Source of the DNA: a bacterium
Lineage (GTDB): Bacteria; UBA8248
DNA length: 64,000 bases
NCBI GenBank assembly: GCA_965213625.1
Contig: CBDBZU010000004.1
Location: forward strand, 2,592,001-2,656,000
Direction: 5' to 3'
Part shown: positions 30,843 through 40,818 of the stretch, piece after piece
Numbering within the stretch: the first letter of the stretch is position 1
Layout of the letters: the number at the start of each line of letters is the position of its first letter
The notes under the pieces: model-generated
What the model was told of the DNA's origin: nothing
Database searches by the model: none
What the model saw: only the letters and a program-made list of their open reading frames with translations
Position numbers and translations under genes: made by a program

Positions 30843-31859
30843 TCATCTCTTTTGGAAATGAGGTAGGACTTCCTCCCCGAGCAGTCGAATCGAGTTCATA
30901 ATCTTGGTGTGGTCCAGACCGGGAAACTGAATGAGGAAGTGCATGGATGTCGTTCCGAGTTCATCCCGGTATCGTTCGATCTGGCGAATGCAATCATCCG
31001 GCGAGCCCAGAATGAAGCGCCGACGAAGATTTTCCGTCGCCTCGGTGCCCCGCTCCACCGGCTTGCCATCGTCGTCCACCAGATGACCCCAATCCAGATA
31101 CTCCTGGTAGTTATAGAGTATGGGTTCCCGCGCCTCTTCCCAGGCTTGCTCGCTCTCTTCGGCCACATACGCTTCGCGCCTCAGGGGAAATTCCACTTGG
31201 GATGCGTCCTTCCCTGCCTCGGCCAGGGCGTCGAGATAGATTTGTTTTCGCTCCTTGAGCAACTTGAGCGGCGTCACCGGGTCGGCGAGCCATGCGTCTC
31301 CCATGCGCGCGGCGCGGCGGATGGCGGCGGGCAGCTTGGCCCCCACCCAGATGGGAGGGCACGGCTTCTGCTCCGGGCGGGGCATGAGGGTCACGTCCTC
31401 CATTGGGAAACTAGGGCCCGGGTGCGTCACGCCCCGCTCCGTCATCAACCGGCGGACCAGCCCGAGAGCTTCTTCGAAACGGGCGGCCCTATCCTCGAAG
31501 GGGACGCCAAAAGCCGCGAATTCCTCCCGCCTGTAGCCGAGTCCCACTCCCAGCACGAAGCGTCCCTTGGACATGATGTCCAGAACCACCGCGTCCTCGG
31601 CCACGGCCAGCGGGTGATAGAAGGGAAGGAGGAGGACGCAGGTGCCGACCCGCATTTTCTCCGTCCGGGTGGCGATGCCTGCGGCGGTTACCATGTTGGA
31701 GGGGAAATAGCCGTTGTCCTCCACCATGTGGTGTTCGCTCGTCGTCACCATGTCGAAGCCGTACTTCTCCGCCAGGGCGATCTGTTCCAGGGAATTGTGA
31801 TAGGCATCCACCCAGTTTTCGGTGAGAGACTGATAGCTGTAGTGCAAGGCGAATTTCAT
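30843..31859 (-). CDS. LLM-class flavin-dependent oxidoreductase
   Basis: SEHH, HPLAVAEDAVVLDIMSKGRFVLGVGLGYR. Confidence 0.9.
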   Translation of the reverse strand: MKFALHYSYQSLTENWVDAYHNSLEQIALAEKYGFDMVTTSEHHMVEDNGYFPSNMVTAAGIATRTEKMRVGTCVLLLPFYHPLAVAEDAVVLDIMSKGRFVLGVGLGYRREEFAAFGVPFEDRAARFEEALGLVRRLMTERGVTHPGPSFPMEDVTLMPRPEQKPCPPIWVGAKLPAAIRRAARMGDAWLADPVTPLKLLKERKQIYLDALAEAGKDASQVEFPLRREAYVAEESEQAWEEAREPILYNYQEYLDWGHLVDDDGKPVERGTEATENLRRRFILGSPDDCIRQIERYRDELGTTSMHFLIQFPGLDHTKIMNSIRLLGEEVLPHFQKR

Positions 31860-32197
31860 GGCTACATCCTCCGGTACTCTTTGCGAAATTGTTAAGGTGT
31901 CTACCATCCCTGTCTGGAGCCGGATGTGCTCAGCCTGTTTTTTTCGCGGGCAGTTCCGACAGCAGAAAAAGGTTAGTTCTGACCAGAGCGGCGTTTTGCC
32001 CTTCTAAGTAGTATATAATTCCGTTTATACCGTCTCTACGGGAGAAACGGAAATCTCTGTACTCTGAAATCTTGCGGTGGGGAGGATGTCATGGCTGCAA
32101 AGCCACAGGTGGTATTGCTGGTTGGGAATGAAAGCGTCGTTACCGTGGACCCGCTACGGCGGGCTTTCCCGGCCGCTCGGACGGGGAGGAGACCCTT

Positions 32198-33331
32198 ATG
32201 ACGCGCATCGCCACTACCCACGTCGGGTCGCTTCCGCGAAGCAAGCGGGCGCTCGATTTTCTCTTCGCCCGCGATCGGGGCGAGTCCTACGACCCGGCCG
32301 ACTTCGCCGCCTGCATGGCGGAAGAGTGCGCGGAGACGGTTCGCCGGCAGGTCGAAGCCGGGGTCGATATCGTCTCCGACGGCGAGACGTCCAAGATTTC
32401 CTACACCACCTAAGTCAAGAACCGCTATACCGGCTTCTCCGGCCAGAGCGAGCGGGCCGTGCCGGGGGATCTCAAGCTCTTCCCGCGCTATCTCGAACGC
32501 CTCGCACGCGAGGGTGGGACGCCGAAGCTCGTCCGTCCGCAATGCACCGGGCCGGTAGCGCCGGAGGACGACGCCGATCTCAGGGCCGACATCGGAAATT
32601 TCAAGAACGCGGTGGCGGCGCATGGCGCTAAGCGCGGCTTCCTGAACGCGGCGTCGCCCGGCGTCATTGCGCTGTTCATGCCGAACGCCTACTACCCCAC
32701 TCGTGAGGCCTACCTGGAAGCCCTCGCCGACGCAATGAAGGCGGAGTACGACGCGATTTTGGCGGCGGGCTTCGACCTGCAGCTCGACTGTCCGGACTTA
32801 GGCCTCGCGCGCCATGTGCTGTACGAGGATTGCTCGGACGACGAGTTCGGCAAGATCGCGGCGGCGAACGTCGAGGTACTGAACCACGCGCTGCGCGATG
32901 CCGACCCGGCGCAGGTGCGGGTCCACATCTGCTGGGGGAACTATGAGGGGCCACACGTGTGCGACGTAGCACTTGACCACGTGTTTTCCGCCTTGATGTC
33001 GGTCCGCGCCCGCTACATCCTGTTCGAGAACGCGAATCCGCGGCACGAACACGAATGGACCGTATTCCGCGACCGGCTGGACGAGATACCCGAGGAGACG
33101 ATTCTCGTGCCCGGAGTCATCGACACGACAAGCAACTTCGTGGAGCATCCCGAACTCATCGCGCAGCGGATCGGGCGCTTCGTGGAGATGATGGGTCCGG
33201 AGCGGGTCGTTGCCGGAACCGACTGCGGGTTCGGGACGTTCGCCGGATTCGGTACGGTCGATCCCGACATCGTATACGTCAAGCTCGCGGCGTTGGCCGA
33301 GGGCGCCGCCATCGCGTCCGGGAGAATATGA
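32198..33331 (+). pseudogene. Cobalamin-independent methionine synthase II family / epoxyalkane:CoM transferase-like gene with in-frame TAA at 32411-32413
   Basis: TTHVGSLPR, SDGE, HICWGN, GTDCGFG all in one frame; single stop in SYTT*VKNRYTGF. Confidence 0.8.
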
Positions 33332-33469
33332 GGCTCGTCGTAACTGGAAGACGTAGCAGGAAGTCCCCCTTCAGGTGAAACTGAAAGAAGAGAACAGCGG
33401 ATTCGATGACAGGGGGACATTAAAAAGTCCTTGCGGTTTGGTCGTATTTCCACTATGGGGGCCGCATAT

Positions 33470-33563
33470 GGGGTTGTTGAAAAAGCCCTGATTTCGTGGT
33501 TCTGCGTATGATTCCGACCGAGGAGGGGGGATCCGTATAGGGACAGGCCCCTGTGCCTGTCCG
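33470..33563 (+). repeat. Composite IS-end-like/REP repeat, copy 3
   Basis: GGGGTTGTTGAAAAAGCCCTGATTTCGTG...TAGGGACAGGCCCCTGTGCCTGTCC. Confidence 0.7.
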
Positions 33564-33622
33564 ATGTCGAGATCTTGTCCCATTCACAATAACGGCCCAT
33601 TACAAGTCTGTGCGGTTTTGTT

Positions 33623-33650
33623 CGTCATTCCGGCTTTTGCCGGAATGACG
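33623..33650. repeat. CGTC-type REP palindrome
   Basis: CGTCATTCCGGCTTTTGCCGGAATGACG, same family as 8525-8742. Confidence 0.75.
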
Positions 33651-33722
33651 GCGGTGGTAAGTTCCGACAGCCTTATTTGTCCACCTCTTTTGACTATATT
33701 TAGTTCGATAAGGAGAGAGTCT

Positions 33723-33998
33723 ATGGGGTTATCCAGCCGAATCAAGCCAACCAGTTATCTCAAGGCCCACGCCTCGGAAATCATGCGAACGCTTCGTGAC
33801 GAGCGGGAGCCCCTAATCGTCACCCAGAACGGCGAAGCCAAGGCGGTCGTGCAGGATATCGAAACCTACGAGCAGATGCAGGAGACTATGGCGCTGCTCA
33901 AGATACTCGCGCTTGGCAATCGTCAGATCGAAGCGGGTCGGGTGCGGCCCGCCGCCGATCACATCGCGAAGCTGCGGGAGCGGCGACAGATTCCCTGA
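33723..33998 (+). CDS. Phd/YefM-family antitoxin
   Basis: IKPTSYLKAHASEI...PLIVTQNGEAKAVVQDIETYE; RBS AAGGAG. Confidence 0.9.
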   Translation: MGLSSRIKPTSYLKAHASEIMRTLRDEREPLIVTQNGEAKAVVQDIETYEQMQETMALLKILALGNRQIEAGRVRPAADHIAKLRERRQIP

Positions 33999-34020
33999 CG
34001 CCCCTCTCGGTTCAGTTGGC

Positions 34021-35403
34021 CTATGACGCGCCGCGCGGGACGAACCGGCCGTAGCCCGGCTCTTGTATGAGCTCCCCGTCCCGGAGGAGCGGCTTCCCGC
34101 GCAGGAGGCTGAGTTCCAGACGGCCGCTGAGCTCCCATCCCTCGAAGAGTGAGTAATCGGAATTCGTGTGCTGCCCCGCCGCCCTCACGGTTGAGCGTCC
34201 CTCGGGGTCGATCACGACGAGGTCGGCGTCCGATCCGACTTGAAGCGTTCCTTTCTGCGGATAGAGACCCAGCGTGCGCGCCGGATTCTCGCTCGTGAGC
34301 TGTACGAGGCGCTCGGCCGAAATCCGCCCGCCAGCGACGCCTTCGCTGTAGAGAACGGGGAGCAAGGTCTCGATGCCGGGTGCGCCGAAAGGAGCCTCGG
34401 TGAAGGGAGGGTCGTTCTTCTGCGCCTGGGTGTAGGGGGCGTGATCGCTCCCGATGAGGCTGATCCATCCCTCCTGGATGCCCTTCCACAGAGCGGAAAT
34501 GTCGGCTTTCTCGCGCAGCGGAGGCGCCACCTTGGCGGGAGCTCCCATCTCCCGCACGGCCTCCCCGGTGAGAGTCAGGTACTGCGGGCAGGTTTCCACG
34601 ACGATGTCCTTTCCGGCCGCCAGGCCGCGCCGCGCCTCATCGAGAGCCAGCTCCGCCGTGAGATGAACGATGTAAAGCGGGCAGCCCGCGAGATCGGCGA
34701 GGTGGATCGATTTTGCGACCGATGAGGCCTCGAGCTCCGGCGGGCGCGAGTATTCCTGGAAATCGGCGCCGTCCATTCCGGCGTCGAAAGCCTTGTTCTC
34801 CAGGTAGTCGATGACAGGACCGTTTTCGGCGTGGACGAGCACGGTGCCCCCATGGCGACCCACGATATCGAGCGCTGCGTAGAAGTATTCGTCCGGTATG
34901 CAGCGGCCGCGGCCCCGCTTCTTGTAGCCCATCATGACCTTGAAGGTCGTGACGCCGCCCTCGATGGCTTTTGGTATTTCGGCGAGGTATTCGAAGTCCT
35001 CGAATATCCAGGCGTGCAGCGAGAAGTCGATAACGCTCCCGGCTTCGCCCTCCTCGCGGCAACGCTGCAGCGTGGTGAGCATGGTCTCGTTCTCCTCACC
35101 CGTGGCGAAAGCGACCATGGTCGTAACTCCGCCGTGCGCGGCGCTTCGCGCAACGTCCGAGATGGAATCGATGTGGTTCGAATACGCCCGGAAGTGGACG
35201 TGGGGGTCGATGACGCCCGGGAGAACGAGCTTGCCCGGAACCTCCAGTACATCGGCGGCTGCAGGCATACTTTCCGGTGCGCCCACACAGGCGATTTTGC
35301 CGTCTCGAACCCCGAGTGCAGCCTCCTGCCTCCCGTGGCCTGTTACGACCGTGCCGCCCGTAACGAGAAGGTCGAGTGGTTTCTGGTGGGAACTATCTGT
35401 CAT
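34021..35403 (-). CDS. Cyclic amidohydrolase (dihydropyrimidinase/allantoinase/dihydroorotase family)
   Basis: PGVIDPHVH, TFK carbamylated Lys, HAEN, ETCPQYL, GSDHAP. Confidence 0.9.
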   Translation of the reverse strand: MTDSSHQKPLDLLVTGGTVVTGHGRQEAALGVRDGKIACVGAPESMPAAADVLEVPGKLVLPGVIDPHVHFRAYSNHIDSISDVARSAAHGGVTTMVAFATGEENETMLTTLQRCREEGEAGSVIDFSLHAWIFEDFEYLAEIPKAIEGGVTTFKVMMGYKKRGRGRCIPDEYFYAALDIVGRHGGTVLVHAENGPVIDYLENKAFDAGMDGADFQEYSRPPELEASSVAKSIHLADLAGCPLYIVHLTAELALDEARRGLAAGKDIVVETCPQYLTLTGEAVREMGAPAKVAPPLREKADISALWKGIQEGWISLIGSDHAPYTQAQKNDPPFTEAPFGAPGIETLLPVLYSEGVAGGRISAERLVQLTSENPARTLGLYPQKGTLQVGSDADLVVIDPEGRSTVRAAGQHTNSDYSLFEGWELSGRLELSLLRGKPLLRDGELIQEPGYGRFVPRGAS

Positions 35404-35558
35404 GAAAACCTCCCTTGCGGACAGCCGCCGACGCCGGAACAAGCAGTCGGTTCACGCCGGCTCCGCCTGTTGTGAAATGGCCCGGCAACGAAACGATTAT
35501 CGAATTTTGATGCTTTAGCTGAATAATAAGGAGAATACCATAAAACCCCGGCGCATCC

Positions 35559-35801
35559 TCATCCCCCCACGATGGGCGGGAACACGCAAAGCTCGGAGCC
35601 TGCGGGTATCACGACCGATTTCTTCGCGTGCCGTCCGTCGAGGAGGACGATATAGGCTTCCTCATATGGTATTTCGAAGCGGTCGAGCACGTCGTACACG
35701 CTCGCGTCCTCCGGCAGCGTGATTTCGGCCACGCCCTCCGCATCCTGCTCAGCGGGCATCTTCTCCGCGAAATCCGCGAATAATTTTATGCGGACCTTCA
35801 T
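35559..35801 (-). CDS. MoaD/ThiS-family sulfur carrier protein
   Basis: 80 aa ubiquitin-like, MKVRIKLFA start and C-terminal FPPIVGG. Confidence 0.85.
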   Translation of the reverse strand: MKVRIKLFADFAEKMPAEQDAEGVAEITLPEDASVYDVLDRFEIPYEEAYIVLLDGRHAKKSVVIPAGSELCVFPPIVGG

Positions 35802-35870
35802 GGGTGACTCCTCAACTCTTTCTGAGCGGGCTTGCACCGCGCCACTCGCATTACCCGCCAAGACGTATCT

Positions 35871-37112
35871 TCATGACCCGCTTCCAAGCATTTCCCTCGC
35901 GCGCGCGAGGGCCGCCTCGAGCACCCCCTTGAGAGGTACTCCGCTTTCTTCCGCAAGCCGCCTGCAGTCCTCGTATTCGGGCGCGAGGTTCGTGAGCTTG
36001 CCCTCGAAGGTTCCTGTTTTGACGCGCACCCGGCCCCAGGGGAGTTCGACCTCCACCCACGCGCGCTCGGCCACCGCGCGCGCCGTCGTGCGATGGCGAA
36101 CGCCCAGGGTCGATGTTTCCCGGAACAGGAAGCGGGTGAGGGCATCTTGTTTCGCGAGGGGACTCAAAATCGTGAGCAGTTGCGCGGGCCTTCCCTTCTT
36201 GCCCGTTACGGGAATGGAGAACGCATCGAGTGCGCCCGTTTTAAGCGCTCCTTCGATAATATGCGGGAATAACTCGGGGCTCATGTCGTCGATGTTGGCC
36301 TCGAGCACGGCGATGGTGGTGGGCGGCCCTTCGCCTTCTGTGCTCGCTGCGCTCTCTCCCAGAAATGCGCGAACCACGTTGGGCGTGTCCGGCTGGTCCT
36401 TGTCGCCCGCGCCGTAGCCCACCCGCTCTATCGTCATCTCGGGCATGGGGCCGAAAAACGCCGCGCTCTCTCCGAGCAGCAAGGCCCCCGTGGGCGTCAG
36501 CACCTCGCCCTCGAGGTTGCTCTGCGCCACGGGTATGCCTTCGAGCAGCTTGGCTGTCGCAGGAGCGGGTACGGGCATCCGCCCATGCGCGCACTGCACG
36601 AACCCGCTTCCCACGGGCGGGGGAGAGGCCGCGACCCGCTCGACGCCCAGCATGTGGAGCCCCAGAAAATAGCCCGTAACGTCGATGATCGAATCCACCG
36701 CGCCGACTTCGTGGAAATGAATCTCGTCGAGCCCGACGCCGTGGATGCCCGCCTCCACGACGCCCAGGCGGTGAAACGCGGAGATGGCGCGGTCCTTGGG
36801 AGCCTCCGGGATCGGCGCTTTTTCGAGCATTTCCCGAATTTGGCGGTAGGAGCGGCCATGATGAGCCGCGCCGTGGGAATGTCCCTCTTCGTGATGATGA
36901 TGGTGGTGCGTTTCGTGGGTGATGTTCACTCTGAACTTAGAAGACGTAACTCCTTGTTTTAGGACGCTATCATTAGATATCGAATAGCCCTCAACCCCCA
37001 GCTTCTCAAGCTCAGCTTCGAGGGCTGTGAAATCAAGCCCCAAATCCAGCAAAGCACCCACGAGCATGTCGCCCGCTGCACCCGCAAAGCAGTCGAAATA
37101 GATCGTCTTCAT
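35871..37112 (-). CDS. larC: Nickel-pincer cofactor biosynthesis protein LarC (nickel insertase)
   Basis: YFDCFAGAAGDMLVGAL, His-rich tract, HFHEVGAVDSIIDV, EANIDD, PEYED. Confidence 0.95.
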   Translation of the reverse strand: MKTIYFDCFAGAAGDMLVGALLDLGLDFTALEAELEKLGVEGYSISNDSVLKQGVTSSKFRVNITHETHHHHHHEEGHSHGAAHHGRSYRQIREMLEKAPIPEAPKDRAISAFHRLGVVEAGIHGVGLDEIHFHEVGAVDSIIDVTGYFLGLHMLGVERVAASPPPVGSGFVQCAHGRMPVPAPATAKLLEGIPVAQSNLEGEVLTPTGALLLGESAAFFGPMPEMTIERVGYGAGDKDQPDTPNVVRAFLGESAASTEGEGPPTTIAVLEANIDDMSPELFPHIIEGALKTGALDAFSIPVTGKKGRPAQLLTILSPLAKQDALTRFLFRETSTLGVRHRTTARAVAERAWVEVELPWGRVRVKTGTFEGKLTNLAPEYEDCRRLAEESGVPLKGVLEAALARAREMLGSGS

Positions 37113-37867
37113 AAGGCAGCCGTCTGCTGGTTGATGAGGTGCGCCTGGTACGCAGCGCCGAAGCCGTTGTCGATGTTCACCACGCTCAAGCCGGAAGCGC
37201 ATGAGTTCAGCATGGCGAACAGCGCCGTCAGTCCACCCAGATTCGCGCCGTAGCCCACGGACGTAGGCACCGCGATGACGGGGCAGGCCACCAGACCGGC
37301 GACCACCGAGGGCAGGGCGCCTTCCATCCCCGCCACGGCGATAATGACGTTCGCCTCGCGCAAAGTTTTCACCTCCGCCAGGAGGCGGTGCAGGCCCGCC
37401 ACGCCCACGTCGTAGACGCGAGTCACCTCAGAACCCAGGATGCGCGCGGTCACCGCCGCCTCCTCGGCCACGGGCATATCGGAGGTGCCCGCACAAACGA
37501 CCGCGACCGAGCCCACGGGAGCGGGCGGATTCTCGCACGGGATTTCGACGATGCGGGCGGTTTCGTGGTGATTCGTGCGGGGAGAGAGCTCCAGCAAGGC
37601 TTGCGCCTGGTCCGCGCCAGCGTGCGTCACCAGGACCGTCTGGTCTTGCGCCATCAGACTCCTTGCGATTTCGACGACTTGTTCTCTGGTTTTTCCCGCG
37701 CCGAAGACGACCTCGGGAAAGCCGTTTCTGAGTGCGCGATGGTGGTCCACCCGGGTATGCCCCAGGTCCTCGAAGGGCAGGTCCCGAAGGCGCGCGGCGG
37801 CGTCATCGGGCGCGAGACGGCCCTGCTTCACCTGCTCGAGCAGATCGAGAATGAGTTCGGGGTTCAC
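37109..37867 (-). CDS. larB: Nickel-pincer cofactor biosynthesis protein LarB
   Basis: DHHRALRNGFPEVVFG, AGTSD, AGMEGALPS, PTSVGYG, VNIDNGFGA. Confidence 0.95.
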   Translation of the reverse strand: MNPELILDLLEQVKQGRLAPDDAAARLRDLPFEDLGHTRVDHHRALRNGFPEVVFGAGKTREQVVEIARSLMAQDQTVLVTHAGADQAQALLELSPRTNHHETARIVEIPCENPPAPVGSVAVVCAGTSDMPVAEEAAVTARILGSEVTRVYDVGVAGLHRLLAEVKTLREANVIIAVAGMEGALPSVVAGLVACPVIAVPTSVGYGANLGGLTALFAMLNSCASGLSVVNIDNGFGAAYQAHLINQQTAAL

Positions 37868-38712
37868 GAGAGAATGAGGAGATCGGGTTTGCGATCGGTA
37901 TTGAGCACTTCGTTCATGCTCCCCGAACGGAATCCTTCCAGGTCGATGGTCACGTAGGTGAAGCCGGCCCTTTTCATGCGGGCGATCACTTGCCTGGATG
38001 TCTCCTCATCGACCAGCCGCGCGATGTCGGCCTTTGGCACTTCGATTCTGGCAACGTCGCCGTGGTGGCGAACCCGCAACTGTCTGAAGCCCAGCTCCCG
38101 CAAGCCGCTTTCCGCCTTTTCGACTTGTGCGATTTTCTCGGGCGTGATGCGGTCTCCATACGGGAAACGGCTCGAGAGGCAAGCCTGCGCCGGCTTGTCC
38201 CATGTGGGGAGTCCGAACGATTGGGATAGGGTGCGGATGTCCTCTTTCGTCATACCTACTTCCATGAGCGGGCTCCGTACGCCCAGCTCCCGCGCCGCCT
38301 GCATGCCGGGGCGGTGATCGCCCACGTCGTCGGCGTTCGAACCATCGACGATGACGGCCATCTCCTCCTCCGTAGCCACGCGGCTCAAGACGGAGTAAAG
38401 CTCGTTCTTGCAGAAATAACAGCGGTTCGGCGGGTTGTTCCCAAAAGATTCATCCGCAATCTCGTCGGTGTCGATAATGATGTGGCGAATACCGATTTGC
38501 GTTGCGAGCGTGCCCGATTCTTCGAGTTCGGATGCGGCCAGGGTGACGGAGCGGCCCGTGACGGCGAGCGCACCTGCTCCCAGCACCTCATGGGCCACCT
38601 TGGCGAGAAAGGTGCTGTCCACGCCCGCCGAGAAGGCGACCAGAACGCTCCCCATCTCTTCGAGGGTTTGTTCGAGTTTTTTCAGTTTCACGTCCGGCTT
38701 CGCATCGCTCAA
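37864..38712 (-). CDS. larE: ATP-dependent sulfur transferase LarE
   Basis: PP-loop FSAGVDST, RCYFCK, DHRPG, ACLSSRFPYG. Confidence 0.95.
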   Translation of the reverse strand: MSDAKPDVKLKKLEQTLEEMGSVLVAFSAGVDSTFLAKVAHEVLGAGALAVTGRSVTLAASELEESGTLATQIGIRHIIIDTDEIADESFGNNPPNRCYFCKNELYSVLSRVATEEEMAVIVDGSNADDVGDHRPGMQAARELGVRSPLMEVGMTKEDIRTLSQSFGLPTWDKPAQACLSSRFPYGDRITPEKIAQVEKAESGLRELGFRQLRVRHHGDVARIEVPKADIARLVDEETSRQVIARMKRAGFTYVTIDLEGFRSGSMNEVLNTDRKPDLLILS

Positions 38713-38946
38713 GATGAGTCTCCGTTAAGCGGTTGATCCGCCATATTCTAGCCCGTCCCGCTCACCGAGGGCAATGCATCGACTTTCCGGGTGTTATGTC
38801 GTATGACGATATCCGGTTCCTTCGTATGGAGTATACATCAGCACGCCCGTCGGGGAGGGTGTGGTCAAATCGCTTTGAATAGTCTATATGTTCGCCGTTC
38901 TGGGGGTTCAGGACGATGACGAGGATGACAACGAGAGGATAAGGCT

Positions 38947-40035
38947 TTGAACGTGGAAGAGCTGCTGAGAAAAGGCGTCTCATCGCTTAAGGCTTATGTT
39001 CCGGGGCGCTCTATCGAGGAGGTGGCCGCCGAGTACGGGCTGAGCGAAGTTATAAAGCTTGCCAGCAACGAGAATGCGCTCGGCCCCGCGCCCGGCGCGA
39101 TGGATGCGATTCGCGGCGCGCTCGATGGCCTGCACCGCTATCCCGACGGCGGGGCGAAAACGCTTGCGGGCCGCCTGGCGCAAAAACTGGGTGTCTCCCA
39201 GTCGCAGGTATTCCTGGGAAACGGGGGCGACGACGTTCTTTCCGTCATGAGCAGGACGTTCCTGAACGACGGCGACGAGGTGGTGATACCCCAGCCGACC
39301 TTCAGCCCCTATGCGCACGTGAGCCGGGTGATGGGTGCGCGAGTCGTCTTCTCACCCCTCCGTGACATGCGAGTCGATTTGGACGATGTTCTCGACAAAA
39401 TATCCGTGCGCACGAAAATCATCTTCCTCTGTTCGCCGAACAACCCCACGGGCGGGATTCTGACGGAGGAGCAACTCGTCTCCTTTCTCGAAAAATTACC
39501 CGAGGGCCTTCTCGTACTCCTGGATGAGGCTTATGGCGATTTCGCTGACGATCCGGCGTATCCCGACAGCGCATCTCTTGTCGGTCACTTCCCGCTGGTT
39601 GTCCTGCGTTCGTTCTCGAAAATCTACGGCCTTGCTGGACTGCGCGTGGGATTCGCCCTGAGCCGAGAGGGCGTCGTCGAATACATGAACCGAGTCCGCG
39701 AGCCTTTCAACGTAAACCAGCTCGCGCAGGCGGCGGCCCTGGCCGCGCTTGAAGACGACGACTACAAGGAGCGCGCCGTCGCGCTGGTGCGGGAGGGAAG
39801 GGAAGCGCTCTATGCGGCGTTTTCGGAGATGGAACTCGAATACATGGAGAGTCAGGCCAATTTCATCTTTGTGCGCGTGGACGACGGCGATGCCGCGATG
39901 GATGCCCTGATGCGTGAGGGCGTCATTGTTCGTCCCGGCAGCGCATTCGGGCATCCCGAATGGATTCGCGTGACCGTCGGACTCGAAACGGAAAACGGAC
40001 GCTTCCTATCGAAACTCAAGGAATTTCTCGCCTGA
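38947..40035 (+). CDS. hisC: Histidinol-phosphate aminotransferase
   Basis: KLASNEN, SPNNPTG, DEAY, RSFSKIYGLAGLRVG. Confidence 0.93.
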   Translation: MNVEELLRKGVSSLKAYVPGRSIEEVAAEYGLSEVIKLASNENALGPAPGAMDAIRGALDGLHRYPDGGAKTLAGRLAQKLGVSQSQVFLGNGGDDVLSVMSRTFLNDGDEVVIPQPTFSPYAHVSRVMGARVVFSPLRDMRVDLDDVLDKISVRTKIIFLCSPNNPTGGILTEEQLVSFLEKLPEGLLVLLDEAYGDFADDPAYPDSASLVGHFPLVVLRSFSKIYGLAGLRVGFALSREGVVEYMNRVREPFNVNQLAQAAALAALEDDDYKERAVALVREGREALYAAFSEMELEYMESQANFIFVRVDDGDAAMDALMREGVIVRPGSAFGHPEWIRVTVGLETENGRFLSKLKEFLA

Positions 40036-40085
40036 AACCGTTGCGTGATTCGCTCATGCAGAATCCAGAGGCGTCTTCGAAAGCG

Positions 40086-40122
40086 AAAACCCCGACGCCA
40101 GAATGTCCAGCGTCGGGGTTTT
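40086..40122. terminator. Bidirectional intrinsic terminator between hisC and hup
   Basis: AAAACCCCGACGC...GCGTCGGGGTTTT. Confidence 0.8.
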
Positions 40123-40278
40123 GGGCCAGATAATTGCTTCTTACTGGATGAATACCTACTGTTAATCAGATGATTTGAAAAGCGGGACTACATTACGTTT
40201 AAATCTATCGTTGCTTGGAATCATTCAACGAATAATAATCGTGTGATTCCCGAATCAGACGCCTTCAAAAGCCGGCGT

Positions 40279-40554
40279 TTATTTGTTCACCGCGTCCTTG
40301 AGGCTCTTGCCTGCGGAGAACTTGGGCGCCTTACTCGCCTTGATCGAGATTGTCTCACCCGTTTGCGGGTTGCGACCCGTTCGTGCCGATCGCTTGGAAA
40401 CGGAAAAAGTTCCGAATCCGACCAGGGAAACGCGGTCACCTTTCTTCAGCGCTTGCGTAACGGAATCAAGCAGGGACTTCAGGGCGCGGTCCGCCGCCGC
40501 TTTCGAGATGCCTGCGTCCCCGGCAATTTTATCTACGAGCTCGGATTTCTGCAT
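40279..40554 (-). CDS. hup: DNA-binding protein HU
   Basis: [28 protein letters not shown]. Confidence 0.97.
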   Translation of the reverse strand: MQKSELVDKIAGDAGISKAAADRALKSLLDSVTQALKKGDRVSLVGFGTFSVSKRSARTGRNPQTGETISIKASKAPKFSAGKSLKDAVNK

Positions 40555-40818
40555 ATGGGTCTCCCTTCCATGTCCGACTACCGGCTTGATAGAAACGATG
40601 TATTTCACGAGGATATTCAATCTATCGTAGCCGTGTGGAGAGGTCAATAGATAACATGACGGAGTGCAGGATTTTTTCTTAAACAGACGCGCATTGATTC
40701 TTGTAAGTAGCTTTTTTTCAAAGGCTTGGAAAGTTAAAAAATCTTTATCAAATTTTTACAGAGAATGGGGCCTTATCTCGGTTATTTCGTGTCACATTTG
40801 CTGAGGGGGCGCTAAGTA

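Noticed and set aside
32411-32413. Stop-codon recoding in the MetE-like gene
   Set aside because: Codon is TAA at a probable Tyr position; many other genes here end in TAA, so no code change or Sec/Pyl is supported
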